From positions 27,558 to 91,557 of the forward strand of contig JARGOL010000005.1 in NCBI GenBank assembly GCA_029212745.1: DNA of 64,000 bases, in the 5' to 3' direction. Below, in pieces: positions 26,776-36,951 of the stretch. Both the position numbers and the translations under genes were made by a program. How positions within the stretch are numbered: the stretch's first letter is position 1; each line of letters starts with the position of its first letter. The DNA is from Alcanivoracaceae bacterium. Lineage in GTDB: Bacteria > Pseudomonadota > Gammaproteobacteria > Pseudomonadales > Alcanivoracaceae. The notes beneath the pieces are model-generated. The model did no database searches, was not told where the DNA came from, and was given only the letters and a program-made list of their open reading frames with translations.

Positions 26776-29487
26776 TCACTGAGGTACCTGTCTCATGCGC
26801 CGGCGGCGCCAGAAAGACAGCCACTGCTTGTCCAGCTCCACCACCAGTACGACGACCAGGGCCGTCGCAGCGCACAGCCCCCACTGCGCCGCTGACAATG
26901 CCACGGTACCGAACAGATGCTGCATGACCGGCAGCACGGTGAAGCAGAACTGCAGCAGCAAGACCAGCACGGTCGCCACTAGCGCCGGCCAGATGCCCTG
27001 CCCCGCTGCGTTGGCCCAGGCAGCCACATAAAGGCGACGACAGCTGAACAAGTAGAAGACCTCGATCAATACCAGCGTGGTGACCGCCAGCGTACGGGCC
27101 CTGTCCACATCCTGCTGGTGCATGACGAACATCCAGAACACCGCGGCTGTACCCACAAGACCAATCAGCAGCAGGCGGCGGAGCAGCAGACCTGTGATAA
27201 GACCACGGCCCGGCCTGCGAGGTTGGCGCTGCATGATATCGGGCTCCCCGGGCTCAAACGCCAGGGCAATGGCGAGTGTGACTGCTGTGATCATGTTGAC
27301 CCAGAGTACCTGCACCGGCGTCACCGGCATGGCCACCGCCAACAGGATGGCCATCAGCAACACGGCGGCTTCCACCAGGCTGGTGGGTAAAACGAAAAGG
27401 ATGGCTTTGACAATATTGTCGTAAACAGTGCGCCCCTCACGCACCGCGTCGGTTATGGTGGCAAAGTTGTCGTCCGTGAGTACCATGGCAGCCGCTTCCC
27501 GGGCCGCATCCGTGCCCTTCATGCCCATGGCCACACCAATGTTTGCACGGCGTAATGCGGGCGCATCATTGACGCCATCACCCGTCATGGCCACCAGCTG
27601 ATCGGCCTGCTGCAACGCAGACACCAACCGCAACTTGTCTGCCGGGCTTGTCCGCGCAAAGATGGCGGTACGCGAAACCACTTCCTGCAGGGCACCGTCA
27701 TCCAGCTGGGCGAGATCATTGCCGGTCATCACAGCGTTGCTGTCGAGACCCAACTGGGCACCAATGGCTGCGGCGGTGCGCGGATTGTCACCGGTAATCA
27801 TTTTTACTGCTATGCCTGCATCCCGGCACTGGCGAATGGCCTCCCGGGCCTCGTGCCGGGGCGGATCGGTAATACCCACCAGGCCGAGGAAGATCATGTC
27901 ACTGTCCAGTTCGTCTTCGCTCAGGGTGGCATCATCAGGATCATGCGCCTTCATCGCCAGCGCCATGACGCGCATCCCGTCATCCGCGAGCTGCGCCAGC
28001 GCGCTGTGCCAGTATTGCGTGTCCAGCGGCTCGGTTTCCGTACCGCGCAGCTGGTGATCACAGAAGGCCAGGATACGCTCGGGTGCGCCTTTGGCATAAA
28101 CCATGGCTTGATGTTCCCGGCCATGGCCAAGCACCGCCATGAATCGTTTCTCCGTGGAGAACGGAATAATATCCAGGCGATGCCAGTCTTCCTCGCCGCG
28201 GCCGGCGTAAACGCCAAGCTTGTGCGCCAGCACGTAGAGGGCGCCTTCTGTGGGGTCGCCATGCAGGACCGATTGCCCGCCCTCCTGCGCCACGGAAGCA
28301 TCGTTACAGAACAATGCAGCACGCCCCAATGCATGCAGATCCTCTGGCACCGTGTCCAGCAAGGCTCCGTTGTGCAGCACATCACCGGCCGGCGAGTAGC
28401 CTTCCCCGCTGCAGGTATATTGGGCATCAGCAAGGACCAGTTCACGCGCCGTCATCTCATTGCGGGTCAGCGTGCCGGTCTTGTCGGAACAGATAACGGT
28501 CACTGACCCGAGCACCTCCACCGCCGGCAACTTGCGCACCAGGGCACGGGTACGCGCCATGCGCTGGACCCCGATGGCCAGGGAAATGGTAACCACCGCA
28601 GGCAGACCCTCGGGGATGGCAGCCACCGCAATGCCCACCGCCGCACGGAACATGTCTGGCCAGGACAGACCGGTAACGTACACACCCCAGAACATGGCCA
28701 GAACAGTGACCATTACGATGGCCAGGGACAGGCCACGGGCAAAGCGCTCAAGCTGGCGGTTCAGGGGCGTCACCGGAACATCCACGCTTTTGACCATTTC
28801 GCCGATGCGGCCGAGTTGCGTGTCCAGCCCCGTTGCAATGACCACACCAAGGCCACCTCCGGCAGTGACCTGGGTGCCCATAAAGGCACAGCCCGTCCGC
28901 TCCGCCAGCGGTGCGTCGATCGGCACCGCCGCAATATGCTTGTCCACCGGCAGCGACTCGCCTGTCAGCGCCGCCTCATCACAACGCAGTTCGCGCGCCT
29001 CCAACAGACGCACATCCGCAGGCAACCGGTCGCCGGCATTGATCAGCACAATATCGCCAGGCACCAGTGCCTCCACCGGCACCTGCCGGGTGTGACCATC
29101 GCGACGCACAAGTACCTGGGACACAACCATGGAGAGGATGGATCGCAACGCCGCCTCGGCACGCCCCTCCTGGATGAAACCCACCAGGGCATTGATCACA
29201 ACCACAGCCACAATCACACCGGCATCGGTGTGGTAGCCAAGGGACAACGTGATCACCGCTGACACCAACAGGACATAAAGCAGTGCGTTATTGAACTGGG
29301 CCAGCAGTCGAAGGTACCAGGCTCGCACCTGTGGTTGCGGCAAGCGGTTCTCGCCAACCATGTTCCGGCGTGCTGTCACCTGCTCTGCTGTCAGGCCAGT
29401 GCGACTGGCAGACAGGGCTGCCAGGCTCTGCTCAGGTGTCTGGGCATGGGCCGCATCAGCGGCTTGCGTCAGCGTCTCTGGTGTCAT
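26776..29487 (-). CDS. cation-transporting P-type ATPase (type II, Ca2+/Mg2+-like)
   Basis: 903 aa with the motifs ICSDKTGTLT, MITGDN and TGDGVNDAPAL, and about 10 TM helices. Confidence 0.9.
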   Translation of the reverse strand: MTPETLTQAADAAHAQTPEQSLAALSASRTGLTAEQVTARRNMVGENRLPQPQVRAWYLRLLAQFNNALLYVLLVSAVITLSLGYHTDAGVIVAVVVINALVGFIQEGRAEAALRSILSMVVSQVLVRRDGHTRQVPVEALVPGDIVLINAGDRLPADVRLLEARELRCDEAALTGESLPVDKHIAAVPIDAPLAERTGCAFMGTQVTAGGGLGVVIATGLDTQLGRIGEMVKSVDVPVTPLNRQLERFARGLSLAIVMVTVLAMFWGVYVTGLSWPDMFRAAVGIAVAAIPEGLPAVVTISLAIGVQRMARTRALVRKLPAVEVLGSVTVICSDKTGTLTRNEMTARELVLADAQYTCSGEGYSPAGDVLHNGALLDTVPEDLHALGRAALFCNDASVAQEGGQSVLHGDPTEGALYVLAHKLGVYAGRGEEDWHRLDIIPFSTEKRFMAVLGHGREHQAMVYAKGAPERILAFCDHQLRGTETEPLDTQYWHSALAQLADDGMRVMALAMKAHDPDDATLSEDELDSDMIFLGLVGITDPPRHEAREAIRQCRDAGIAVKMITGDNPRTAAAIGAQLGLDSNAVMTGNDLAQLDDGALQEVVSRTAIFARTSPADKLRLVSALQQADQLVAMTGDGVNDAPALRRANIGVAMGMKGTDAAREAAAMVLTDDNFATITDAVREGRTVYDNIVKAILFVLPTSLVEAAVLLMAILLAVAMPVTPVQVLWVNMITAVTLAIALAFEPGEPDIMQRQPRRPGRGLITGLLLRRLLLIGLVGTAAVFWMFVMHQQDVDRARTLAVTTLVLIEVFYLFSCRRLYVAAWANAAGQGIWPALVATVLVLLLQFCFTVLPVMQHLFGTVALSAAQWGLCAATALVVVLVVELDKQWLSFWRRRRMRQVPQ

Positions 29488-31135
29488 TTGTTGAATCCTG
29501 ATGCGTGGCCTCTGCCGGGGCTGGCGTGGCCTCTGCCGGGGCTGGCGGGCCCTCTTCCGGCACCTGGGTCATCTGCTTGAGCACGCGCAAGTGCGACAGG
29601 GCGTGATGCCACTGCTCCACCAGCCGGCGTGACAGACTCAGGTCCTGCAACGCCACCTCCAGGCTGTGCCGACCCAGCTTTCCTGACACGCCCGTACGCA
29701 GGATCTCCTGCTTGGCAAGATCGTAGTCCTGGCGATAGGCATCAAACGACTCACTGTTGCCGGCGTCGCTCATGTCATCAGCCATACGATCACGCACGCG
29801 GGCAAACCAGCCCTTCAGCACCGGCGCCACCTGGTCCTGGTCGGGCTGACGCGCCAGTTCAAGACCGTTGCGGTCCAGTGTCTGCAGCGCATCTTCCATG
29901 TTCGACAGGTTGTGCTGGATGCGCCAGCCATGGCTGAACATGTCCGCCTGAACCTCGGTCAGGGAGCTGCGACTGGCATCGGCCAGGTAATCGCCGATAC
30001 CTTCCAGTACCAGGCGCCGTTGCCCGGCGGCCTGCGCATGGGCCTGGCGGTACTCGGGCAGCTCCTGCACAGCCGGCGGATACAGCAGCATCAATCGCTC
30101 CAGCTCCCTGAACAGGGCAACGCTGCCGGCCTCCGGCAGGGACACCACATTGCGGTCCAGGAACTGCAGTGCACCCACCGAGCGCTGGCGCTGCTGGAAA
30201 CGGCGCAGCAGGAAACGGCTCATGGGCGGCTCCAGTGGCCACATCAGCAGGATACCCAGGGCATTGAACGTGGTGTGAAACAGCGCCAACGTTGAGGTCG
30301 GATCGTCTGCCAGGTGCAGGTGCCCGGCCAGCCAGAAAACAAGATGGGTCAGTGGCACCAGCAGCACCAGCGCCACAACACCGGTGAGCAGATTGAACAG
30401 CACATGGGCTGAGGCAAGGCGGCGGGCATTGGCAGTGGCGCCGAGGGTGGCAAGGATGGCGGTGGATGTGGTGCCGATGTTGGCACCGATCACCGCGCCC
30501 GCAGCGCCCTGGAAATCCAGCAGCCCGCCAGCAAGCGCGGTCAGCACGATGGCCATGGACGCGCTGGAGGACTGCATCAGGGTGGTCAGGACGATACCAA
30601 TACCCACCATCAACCAGATCGGCTGCCCGGTCTCCGCCAGCGTCACCTTGCTGCCCAGGGCATCAAAGCCGCCTGCCAGTGTCTCGATGCCGAGGAACAG
30701 GATACCGAAGCCGGCCAGCGCCATGCCCAGGTTGCGGTAGCGGTCCACCGGCGCAAACACCCGCAGGCCGGCGCCGACGCCGATCAGTGGCAGGGCCAGC
30801 ACGTCCACCTGGAACTTGAAGCCCACCAGGGCCACCAGCCAGGCCGTCAGGGTGGTGCCCACGTTGCTGCCGAAGATCACCCAGACCGCACGCTCGAAAC
30901 GCAGCAGGCCGGTGTTGACGAAACCCAGTGCCGCCACGGTGACGGCACTGGAAGACTGCACCAGGGCCGTCAGGAAGGCACCGGCAAACAGGCCGCGCCG
31001 ACGACTGCGCGTCCAGGACGACAGCAGGCGCGACAGGGAAGTGCCCGCCGCCACCCGCAGGCCTTCAGTGATCAGCCACATGCCCAGCAGGAACAGGCCG
31101 AGCCCACCCAGTGCGGTACTGAACAACGCCATCAT
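29456..31135 (-). CDS. Na+/phosphate cotransporter family protein with PhoU-like C-terminal domain
   Basis: 559 aa. It has duplicated Na_Pi_cotrans repeats (QSSSA motifs) followed by a helical PhoU-like region. The 3-prime end overlaps the ATPase start by 32 nt. Confidence 0.85.
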   Translation of the reverse strand: MMALFSTALGGLGLFLLGMWLITEGLRVAAGTSLSRLLSSWTRSRRRGLFAGAFLTALVQSSSAVTVAALGFVNTGLLRFERAVWVIFGSNVGTTLTAWLVALVGFKFQVDVLALPLIGVGAGLRVFAPVDRYRNLGMALAGFGILFLGIETLAGGFDALGSKVTLAETGQPIWLMVGIGIVLTTLMQSSSASMAIVLTALAGGLLDFQGAAGAVIGANIGTTSTAILATLGATANARRLASAHVLFNLLTGVVALVLLVPLTHLVFWLAGHLHLADDPTSTLALFHTTFNALGILLMWPLEPPMSRFLLRRFQQRQRSVGALQFLDRNVVSLPEAGSVALFRELERLMLLYPPAVQELPEYRQAHAQAAGQRRLVLEGIGDYLADASRSSLTEVQADMFSHGWRIQHNLSNMEDALQTLDRNGLELARQPDQDQVAPVLKGWFARVRDRMADDMSDAGNSESFDAYRQDYDLAKQEILRTGVSGKLGRHSLEVALQDLSLSRRLVEQWHHALSHLRVLKQMTQVPEEGPPAPAEATPAPAEATHQDSTNDTRDADASR

Positions 31136-32541
31136 TATTGCCCGTTGATGCCGTAGGGCTCGCCCGGCTCAGCGATGGTGACGTCATGGCCCTGCTCACG
31201 CAGGCCATGGGCCAGCGCTACCAGCGCACTGGTCTCGCCGTGCACCAGCCGGAACCGGGGTTCACCGCCTATCGCCCTGGCCCAGGCCAGCAACTGGCTG
31301 CGCCCGGCATGGGCAGAGAAACCACCGAGGGTGTGCACCTTGGCGTTGACCACGAAACGCTGGCCAAAGAAACGCACATGGGTGTCTCCGTCCACCATCT
31401 TGCGACCCAGGGTGCCACGCGCCTGAAAACCGGCAAACACCACATGGGTACTCTTGTGCCACAGCCGGTGCTTGAGGTGGTGGCGGATACGACCGCCGTT
31501 ACACATGCCGCTGCCGGCAATGATGATGGCGCCGCCATGAAGCCGGTTGAGCTGGATCGACTCTTCCACACTGGGGGTCAACGACAGGGTTGGCAGGAAC
31601 TCTTCCAGCGTGCGCGCACTGTTGTGCCGCATGGCACGCAGGTCTGATGGGTCGAGGGTTTCCAGCCACTGGTCGTAAAGACGTGTCACTTCAATCGCCA
31701 TGGGACTGTCGAGAAAAACCTGCCAGCCGTCCAGCTTGCCCTGGTGATAAAAACACCCCAGGTGGTAGAGCAGCTCCTGGGTCCGGCCCACCGAGAAGGC
31801 CGGCATCAGGATGACACCGTTGTCATCGCGCGCCTCCTCGATGATGGCCTGGAATTCTTCCAGGGTGTGCTCGAACGGGCGGTGATCACGATCGCCATAG
31901 GTGCTTTCCATAAGCACCACATCGGCCCGTTCCGGCACATCCGGGTCCCGCATCAGCACGCCGGTTTCATTGCCAAGGTCACCGGAAAACACCAGTACCC
32001 GTTCTTTGCCCAACGATTGCCACCGCAGTTCCACCACCGCCGAGCCGAGAATATGCCCGGCCTCGAGAAACTTCAGGGTCAGGTCGCCGGCAAGCAACAC
32101 ATCCTGGCGATAATCCACCGGCACACACTGCTGTAATGCATGCAGCACATCGTCTTCGGTATACACCGGCTTCATGGTCTTGCGACCACTGCGCTTGAGG
32201 CGCAGGTTCTGGTGTTCCAGGTCACGCAGGTAAATACCGGCGGAATCGTCCAGCATTACCGCCAGCAGGTTGCGGCTCGGCCCGGTGCAGTAGATCGGGC
32301 CGCTGTAGCCCTTGTGTACCAGCAACGGCAGCAGGCCGGAGTGATCCAGGTGGGCATGGGAAAGGATCACCGCATCAATCTGCTTGGGGTCAAAATCGAA
32401 ATGCTCCTTGCGCATGCGGGTGACCGTATCGCCACCCTGATGCATGCCACAGTCCAGCAACACACGCTGGCCATTCACCTCCAGCAGATGACAGGACCCG
32501 GTGACTTCCTGGGCAGCGCCCAGCGAGGTAATGGTGGCCAT
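31135..32541 (-). CDS. MBL-fold metallo-hydrolase of the beta-CASP (RNA-metabolising) type
   Basis: The ATG at 32541 has an AAGGAG RBS. Motifs include LLDCGMHQG and HAHLDHSG, with C-terminal beta-CASP and RMMBL-like regions. Confidence 0.85.
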   Translation of the reverse strand: MATITSLGAAQEVTGSCHLLEVNGQRVLLDCGMHQGGDTVTRMRKEHFDFDPKQIDAVILSHAHLDHSGLLPLLVHKGYSGPIYCTGPSRNLLAVMLDDSAGIYLRDLEHQNLRLKRSGRKTMKPVYTEDDVLHALQQCVPVDYRQDVLLAGDLTLKFLEAGHILGSAVVELRWQSLGKERVLVFSGDLGNETGVLMRDPDVPERADVVLMESTYGDRDHRPFEHTLEEFQAIIEEARDDNGVILMPAFSVGRTQELLYHLGCFYHQGKLDGWQVFLDSPMAIEVTRLYDQWLETLDPSDLRAMRHNSARTLEEFLPTLSLTPSVEESIQLNRLHGGAIIIAGSGMCNGGRIRHHLKHRLWHKSTHVVFAGFQARGTLGRKMVDGDTHVRFFGQRFVVNAKVHTLGGFSAHAGRSQLLAWARAIGGEPRFRLVHGETSALVALAHGLREQGHDVTIAEPGEPYGINGQ

Positions 32542-32722
32542 GCAGGCTCCTTGCAAATAATCACGGGATTGATGCCACAGCATGGCATACCCGGAGCATC
32601 AGGGCACAGCGAACCGGCCACCATGACCCCGGTCAAGAATGCCGCCACCAGGGCCCACGCCGCCGGCGTTTAATTGCTATGATGAGTGCTTTCGTATCCG
32701 GCAAGGAACTCTCTGGCAGCCT

Positions 32723-34681
32723 ATGGAACCCGGCCTTTCCCTGATCGTTCTCCTGCTCGCCTGCGCGGTGGCCATGGTGACCCTGTTCCGGCGTCTCAAC
32801 CTGCCGGCCATCCTCGCCTACCTGCTGGCCGGCCTCGCCGCCGGCCCGGGCGGCTTCGGCTGGATCGACTACACCAGCACCATCCAGCACCTGGCCGAGT
32901 TTGGCATCGTGTTCCTGCTGTTTTCCCTGGGGCTGGAATTTTCCATCCCCAAACTGCTGTCACTGCGCCGTATCGTGTTTGGCGCGGGACCAGTGCAGGT
33001 GCTGGCCACCGGCGGCGTGGTCGGCCTGGGCATGCACCTGGCCGGGTTCAGCATGACCACATCGGTGGTCACCGCCTGCGCGCTGTCCCTGTCGTCCACG
33101 GCCATTGTCGTGCGCGAGCTGATCACCCGCGGCGAGACCAACACCACCTTCGGCCGCTCGGCCACCGGCATCCTGCTGTTCCAGGACTTGGCCGCCGTCA
33201 TCATGCTGGTACTGCTGCCGTCGTTTGGCGGCAATGACTCCGGTGCCGCCTGGACCATGGCCGGGGAAACCCTGCTGCAGGCCGCGCTGCTGTTCGTCGG
33301 TATCTTTGTGGTGGGCAAGTGGATCCTGCCGCGCCTGTTGGAAGAAACCAACCGGGCGCGCTCGGACGAAGTGTTCGTGATGTCGGCACTGCTGCTTGCC
33401 CTGGTGGCCGCCTGGGTAACCCATGCCCTGGGGCTGTCCATGGCACTGGGGGCCTTCCTGGCCGGCATGATGCTGGGGGAATCCCATTTCCGGCACCAGA
33501 TCGAATCCGACATCCGGCCATTCCGGGATCTGCTGCTGGGGCTGTTCTTCATGACCGTGGGCATGCTCATCGACCCTGCCCTGTTCATCAGCCACTGGCA
33601 CATCATCATTCTTGCGGCCACCGTGCTGGTGCTGTTCAAGAGCATTCTCATTGCCACCCTGCTGCGTCTGCAGGGCGAACATATCCACACCGCCCTGCGC
33701 ACCGGCATGGGTCTGTCGCAGGCGGGGGAATTCGGCTTTGTGCTGGTCACCCTGGCGGTGAGCCATGACATGATGGGCGCGGACCGGGCCGGCATTGTGG
33801 TGGCCATTACTGTACTGACCATGGCGGTGACCCCGGCACTGATCAACAACAGCGCGCGGCTGGCACGACGGATCCACGACCGGCTGGCCGATCCGGTGGA
33901 AGACCCGGTGATCGACGAGAACACACGCGGCCATGTCATCCTCTGTGGCTACGGCCGTGTGGGCCAGAACCTGGCCCGCTACCTGAGCAAGTTCCACCTG
34001 CAATCGGTGGCTATCGACTCCGACCTGATTCGCATCCAGGAGGCCAGCGAAGCGGGCGAGAAGTTGCTGTTCGGCGATGCCGCGCGCAAGGAAATCCTGG
34101 TCAAGGCCGGCATCAATCGCGCCAGCCTGCTGGTCATCACCTTCGATGACGCCCGCCATGCCGAGAAGATCATGCACACCGTGCGGGCCATCAGCCCGGA
34201 CCTGCGCATCCTGGTACGCACCCGCGATGACACCTACCTCGACCAGCTGCAGGATGCCGGCGCCACCGAAGTGGTGCCGGAGACACTGGAAGCCTCGCTG
34301 ATGCTGATTGCCCATGCCCTGCTGCTGCTCGACGTGCCGTTCGGCAAGGTGCTGGCCATGCTGCGATCATCGCGCCGCGACCGCTACAAGCTGCTGCAGG
34401 GGTATTACCACGGCGACTCCTTCCCCACCATGGACAGCTCGGGCAATCCCTACCGGCTGCTGCACGCCGTGACCCTGGCGGGCTCACCCCGCTGCGCTGG
34501 CAAGACCATTGCCGATACCGGCCTTGAGAAGCTCAACGTGGAAGTGCGCGCCGTACGGCGCGAAGGTCGCAACCTGCAGGACCCGGAGCGGGATTTCCAG
34601 CTCGCCACCGGTGATGTGGTCATCCTTTACGGCGCCCTGGATGCAGTGGAAGCCGGCGAGGAACTGCTACTGGGCGGCTGA
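32723..34681 (+). CDS. monovalent cation:proton antiporter-2 (CPA2; KefB/YbaL-like) with TrkA-N and TrkA-C domains
   Basis: The internal ATG at 32723 starts the TM domain. The Rossmann motif is ILCGYGRVGQ and a C-terminal RCK_C domain is present. Confidence 0.9.
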   Translation: MEPGLSLIVLLLACAVAMVTLFRRLNLPAILAYLLAGLAAGPGGFGWIDYTSTIQHLAEFGIVFLLFSLGLEFSIPKLLSLRRIVFGAGPVQVLATGGVVGLGMHLAGFSMTTSVVTACALSLSSTAIVVRELITRGETNTTFGRSATGILLFQDLAAVIMLVLLPSFGGNDSGAAWTMAGETLLQAALLFVGIFVVGKWILPRLLEETNRARSDEVFVMSALLLALVAAWVTHALGLSMALGAFLAGMMLGESHFRHQIESDIRPFRDLLLGLFFMTVGMLIDPALFISHWHIIILAATVLVLFKSILIATLLRLQGEHIHTALRTGMGLSQAGEFGFVLVTLAVSHDMMGADRAGIVVAITVLTMAVTPALINNSARLARRIHDRLADPVEDPVIDENTRGHVILCGYGRVGQNLARYLSKFHLQSVAIDSDLIRIQEASEAGEKLLFGDAARKEILVKAGINRASLLVITFDDARHAEKIMHTVRAISPDLRILVRTRDDTYLDQLQDAGATEVVPETLEASLMLIAHALLLLDVPFGKVLAMLRSSRRDRYKLLQGYYHGDSFPTMDSSGNPYRLLHAVTLAGSPRCAGKTIADTGLEKLNVEVRAVRREGRNLQDPERDFQLATGDVVILYGALDAVEAGEELLLGG

Positions 34682-36025
34682 CCGGCGCGGCGCGGCATCA
34701 AGGCGCACCAGCGCCCGCCGGCTGACCACCAGGCCGGCCAGTACATTGGCCAGCGCCAGTGCGGCAAACACCCCCACCGGCGGCAGGAAGAACGACGCCA
34801 GCACCCCCAGCGGCACGTAGAAAATACCGGTGCGCAACAGATAGAAGCCCATGCCCACCAGTGCCTTGCCCAGGCCGTTGAAGGCGGCACTGGCGCAGAT
34901 GATGACGCCGTAGCCGGCCAGCGACAGCGGCACCACCTGCAGGTAGGTGATCATCACGGACTGCACCGCTGCCTCATCGGTGAACCAGGTCACCACCAGG
35001 CCGGCAAACAGCCAGAAGAAAACGGCCATGACCAGCGCCCACACCAGGCAAAAGCGGAAGCAATCCAGCAACGCCTCGCGCACCCGGCCCTTCTCACCCT
35101 TGCCCCAGTTCTGCCCCACCACCGGGCCGATGGCGCCCGACAGGGCCAGCATGGGAATGGCGGCCAAGGTCTCCACCCGTGTCGCCACCCCGAATGCGGC
35201 CACGGTCTCCGGCCCCAGCCGCGCCATGGCCGCCGTCAGCACGCCGACACCGAACGGCGTAATCACATTGGCCGCACCCGCCGGGAGGCCCACCTGGGCA
35301 ATATGCCGCCATGAATCCGACAGCTCCGCCCAGCCGGGCCAGCCGGTGACCACCAGGCGATGACGGAAGACCAGGAACAGGGCCAGCATCATCGACAGGG
35401 CCCGGGCGATGACCGTGGCCACCGCTGCCCCCTGGATACCCATGGCCGGGATTGGGCCGAGGCCGAAAATGAACACCGGGTTGAGACCGATATTGGCGAT
35501 GGCAGCAAATACCATCATCAGGCTGGGAATGCGGGAATCACCGTCGGCGCGGATCAGGCTGTTGGCCACCATCGGCACCACCAGGAACGGCATGCCCAGA
35601 TACCAGATCTGCATGTAGTCGACGATGTAGCCCAGCACCTGGTCGCGGGCGCCCATGGCGCGGAACAGGGGCTCGATAGTGAACCAGCCCAGCGTCGACA
35701 GGGCGGCCACCACCAGCACCGACAACAGCAGGGAATCGGTGGCCAGACGCTGCACCCGGTGACGATCACCGGTACCGATGGCGCGGGAGACCACCGACGC
35801 GGCCCCGGCACCCAGGCCGATGGCCACAGAAGCAATGGAAAACACCACCGGAAAAGTAAACGACAGCGCCGCCAGCGGCTCCAGCCCCAGCTTGCCGACG
35901 AACCAGGCGTCCACGAGGCTGATCGACAGCACCGCCACGATACCCACCACCATGGGGGCACCCAGGTGGACAAGATGGCCCCGTACCGGGCCACGGGTCA
36001 GGTCGCGGCTACCCGCCATGTGCAC
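34667..36025 (-). CDS. MATE family efflux transporter
   Basis: 452 aa with 12 TM helices and a typical MatE duplicated architecture. Confidence 0.85.
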   Translation of the reverse strand: MHMAGSRDLTRGPVRGHLVHLGAPMVVGIVAVLSISLVDAWFVGKLGLEPLAALSFTFPVVFSIASVAIGLGAGAASVVSRAIGTGDRHRVQRLATDSLLLSVLVVAALSTLGWFTIEPLFRAMGARDQVLGYIVDYMQIWYLGMPFLVVPMVANSLIRADGDSRIPSLMMVFAAIANIGLNPVFIFGLGPIPAMGIQGAAVATVIARALSMMLALFLVFRHRLVVTGWPGWAELSDSWRHIAQVGLPAGAANVITPFGVGVLTAAMARLGPETVAAFGVATRVETLAAIPMLALSGAIGPVVGQNWGKGEKGRVREALLDCFRFCLVWALVMAVFFWLFAGLVVTWFTDEAAVQSVMITYLQVVPLSLAGYGVIICASAAFNGLGKALVGMGFYLLRTGIFYVPLGVLASFFLPPVGVFAALALANVLAGLVVSRRALVRLDAAPRRSAAQ

Positions 36026-36176
36026 TCCTCGAAGCTGGAACCGCCATCAGGGCGTTACCGCCCATCGGCGCGGATCGCCCATTGGGCCAGAGACGCCCTC
36101 AGGCTGGCGTGATTTGCCAAGTCTCTCACGTTCACCGGGGTGATACTGGAAAGACATTCTCACGGGAGAACAATCC

Positions 36177-36836
36177 ATGCTCGGCATTCCCCTGGGCCTG
36201 CTCACCGTCAACGGCATTGAATGGTACGCCCACAAGCACCTGCTCCACGGCAAGGGCCGTGACCGCAACAGCCGCTGGGCCAGCCACTGGGTGCACCACA
36301 AGGAAGTGCGCCGCAACGGCTTTGCTGATGCCATGTACGACCCGTCCCTTCTGCACACCTTCGACCACGAGCGGGCACGCATGGAAGGCGCCAGCCTGGT
36401 CAAGGCGGCCATCGTGGTGACCCCGCTGGTGTTCGTGGCGCCATTGTACACGGCCACCCTGTATTACGGTGCCATCAACTACTGGTATACCCACCGGCGC
36501 GCCCACCTGGACCCGGACTGGGGCCGGCGCAAGGTGCCGTGGCACTTTGATCACCACATGAACAGCAACCAGAACGCCAACTGGTGCGTCACCAAGCCCT
36601 GGTTCGACTACATCATGGGCACCCGAATCATTTCCTCGCCGGACCTGCAGGAAAGCAACCCACTGGGGGTACGCCTGCCGGGCTGGATGGAGAAACCACT
36701 CAACCGGCTGGCCCGCCGGCTCGCCCCGGGGGCGTTTGAAAAACTGGACGCGCTGGCGGCGCAGGAGAAGGCCGACCGCGACGCCGGCCGCCAGGGCTAT
36801 GTGCCCGAGTTCGCGCGCGACGACGTCCCTGGTTGA
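36177..36836 (+). CDS. fatty acid hydroxylase / sterol desaturase superfamily protein
   Basis: GGGAGAA RBS. It has the histidine boxes HKHLLH, HWVHHKE, HRRAH and HFDHH. Confidence 0.7.
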   Translation: MLGIPLGLLTVNGIEWYAHKHLLHGKGRDRNSRWASHWVHHKEVRRNGFADAMYDPSLLHTFDHERARMEGASLVKAAIVVTPLVFVAPLYTATLYYGAINYWYTHRRAHLDPDWGRRKVPWHFDHHMNSNQNANWCVTKPWFDYIMGTRIISSPDLQESNPLGVRLPGWMEKPLNRLARRLAPGAFEKLDALAAQEKADRDAGRQGYVPEFARDDVPG

Positions 36837-36896
36837 AGGTAAACGCAATGCCGGATCCACGCGGCGCTGCAGGCGCGCTGGTGGATAACGGCTGAT

Positions 36897-36926
36897 AAAA
36901 AAAGGGCGCCCGAAGGCGCCCTTTTT
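36897..36926. terminator. bidirectional rho-independent terminator
   Basis: AAAAAAAGGGCGCC-cgaa-GGCGCCCTTTTT lies between the convergent hydroxylase and isocitrate lyase genes. Confidence 0.8.
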
Positions 36927-36951
36927 CGCAACACGTCTGTGTCAGTCGAAC

